Source: an uncultured Planctomycetia bacterium (GTDB lineage Bacteria; Omnitrophota; Gorgyraeia; 1-14-0-20-64-10). From it: a stretch of 64,000 bases of DNA. The position numbers were made by a program, and so were the translations under genes. Of this stretch, positions 63,123-64,000 are shown piece by piece. Location: contig CAZQXN010000008.1 in NCBI GenBank assembly GCA_964597545.1, positions 733-64,732 of the forward strand, written 5' to 3'. Positions within the stretch are counted from its first letter, which is position 1. Every line of letters begins with the position of its first letter. The notes under the pieces are model-generated. The model was not told the origin of the DNA. It ran no database searches and worked only from the letters and a program-made list of their open reading frames with translations.

Positions 63123-63791
63123 TTGAGAAGAGCTTTCATGAAGATGACAAGCGAAAAACGCTCGAGAATCGAAAAAATCATCGAGCGATTCGTTAGCAAT
63201 GTCCACAGGCTATCGGAACTTAACGCGGATAAGATCGTCGTTAACCCTTTCCTGGCGGCTGCGTTGGGACTTAGAGAAAAACCGGAGATACTCGACTTCT
63301 TTCTTACGCAAAGGATGCAACGAGGGATCGTAACTTCGTTTGGTACTACGATACAAAAAATTGCGAAGACGCTCGATTCCGAAGCGAAAGAGGAAGATGT
63401 AGACCTCGTGTTCATAAAACGCAGCAAGAAATATTATGTCCAACTCAAAAGTGGCCCCGAGGGATTTACTCGGCCCGCGCTTAGGAAAACAAAAGCGACG
63501 TTTCGTAAGCTGAAGAGGCGTGATCCGTCTTGCGTTACGGTTATAGGTTTCTCATACGGCACCAAAGAACAGCTTTCTCCTATATGGGGACGTGAAGCGT
63601 ACAAGAGTGCCGATAGAGTATTGGTTGGAAAAAAGTTCTGGGATTTCTTTGCGGGCAAAGGATTTTATGATGAGCTAATAAAGGTCTTTCAAATGAGTAG
63701 ACCAGCAACTGGTAGGCGGAGGCAATCCAAGAGATCTACATTCAGGCAAATCCACAGACAGCTATATCGACGTTTACTACCATTGTTCTAA
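63123..63791 (+). CDS. PD-(D/E)xK restriction-endonuclease-like protein, paralog of the N-domain of the preceding gene
   Basis: VTSFGTTIQKIAKTL ~ VTPFGRAWEALAIVV; EDVDLVFIKRSKKYYVQLK ~ ICDVYAEDRTNNKKYAFELK; KKFWDFFAGKGFYDELIKVF ~ NEFWDKIGGPGTYQSFIDAI; TTG start with AGAGGTG RBS. Confidence 0.6.
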   Translation: MRRAFMKMTSEKRSRIEKIIERFVSNVHRLSELNADKIVVNPFLAAALGLREKPEILDFFLTQRMQRGIVTSFGTTIQKIAKTLDSEAKEEDVDLVFIKRSKKYYVQLKSGPEGFTRPALRKTKATFRKLKRRDPSCVTVIGFSYGTKEQLSPIWGREAYKSADRVLVGKKFWDFFAGKGFYDELIKVFQMSRPATGRRRQSKRSTFRQIHRQLYRRLLPLF

Positions 63792-63834
63792 GGAATGAAG
63801 AAGGCGGTCCGCAATGAGTCGTCTCCGGTTCCAC

Positions 63835-64000
63835 GGGAGCTCTATATGAAACAGGATAATTCGCGCGGCGAAACAGGACACAGCATCCTCCCAGTTCTTA
63901 TTACCTTGTCGGTTTTGAGCATCATCATTGCGCCGTTTTGCATGCTTATCAAATACCAAGATGTGGCCGGCGAAATCGCTTTGCTTTCCAAAAGCATGAT
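63835..64000 (+). CDS. membrane protein, N-terminal fragment (continues beyond the window)
   Basis: MKQDNSRGETGHSILPVLITLSVLSIIIAPFCMLIKYQDVAGEIALLSKSM, open to the window edge. Confidence 0.35.

Overview
This is a ~64 kb stretch of a high-GC (roughly 60%) bacterial chromosome of uncertain lineage. The lipobox lipoproteins, LepB, PgsA and UvrB indicate a Gram-negative-type envelope. Almost every gene is on the + strand, in tight operons with many ATGA start/stop overlaps. Most of the window is housekeeping. That comprises trpC(partial)-trpF-trpB-trpA, a manC-like gene, an M16 peptidase, rpe, a phosphomannomutase, lepA-lepB, pgsA, and der-plsY-(orphan pilC-like)-gpsA. It continues with hom-thrC-(apgM-like)-lysC, cimA/leuA-family, valS (interrupted by an in-frame TAG), nadC, uvrB, birA, nfeD, coaX, and groES-groEL-groES with a CIRCE-like operator. 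The remainder is guaB3-like-guaA, dnaE, HU, hisS, aspS, a LysM lipoprotein, phoH-ybeY, recO, glyQ-glyS, ppdK, a sigma-70 factor and apt. There are two tRNAs, tRNA-Pro(GGG) at 18.04 kb and tRNA-Arg(CCT) at 58.17 kb. There are two accessory regions. (1) At 15.8-17.9 kb an MNT/HEPN toxin-antitoxin pair is followed by three overlapping low-GC genes of unknown function directly upstream of tRNA-Pro. (2) From 58.2 kb to the window end there is a tRNA-Arg-linked element. It has a large serine recombinase bracketed by 152/187-bp inverted repeats, then a very GC-rich hairpin-dense spacer. After that comes a low-GC cassette: a DNA methyltransferase, a PD-(D/E)xK restriction-endonuclease-like protein fused to a complete LexA-type S24 autopeptidase domain, and a paralogous nuclease-like protein. 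I consider the fusion the most novel item in the window. Two families of intergenic palindromic repeats (REP-like) recur at operon boundaries and next to both tRNAs. All calls come from reading the sequence and motifs by eye; no database searches were run.
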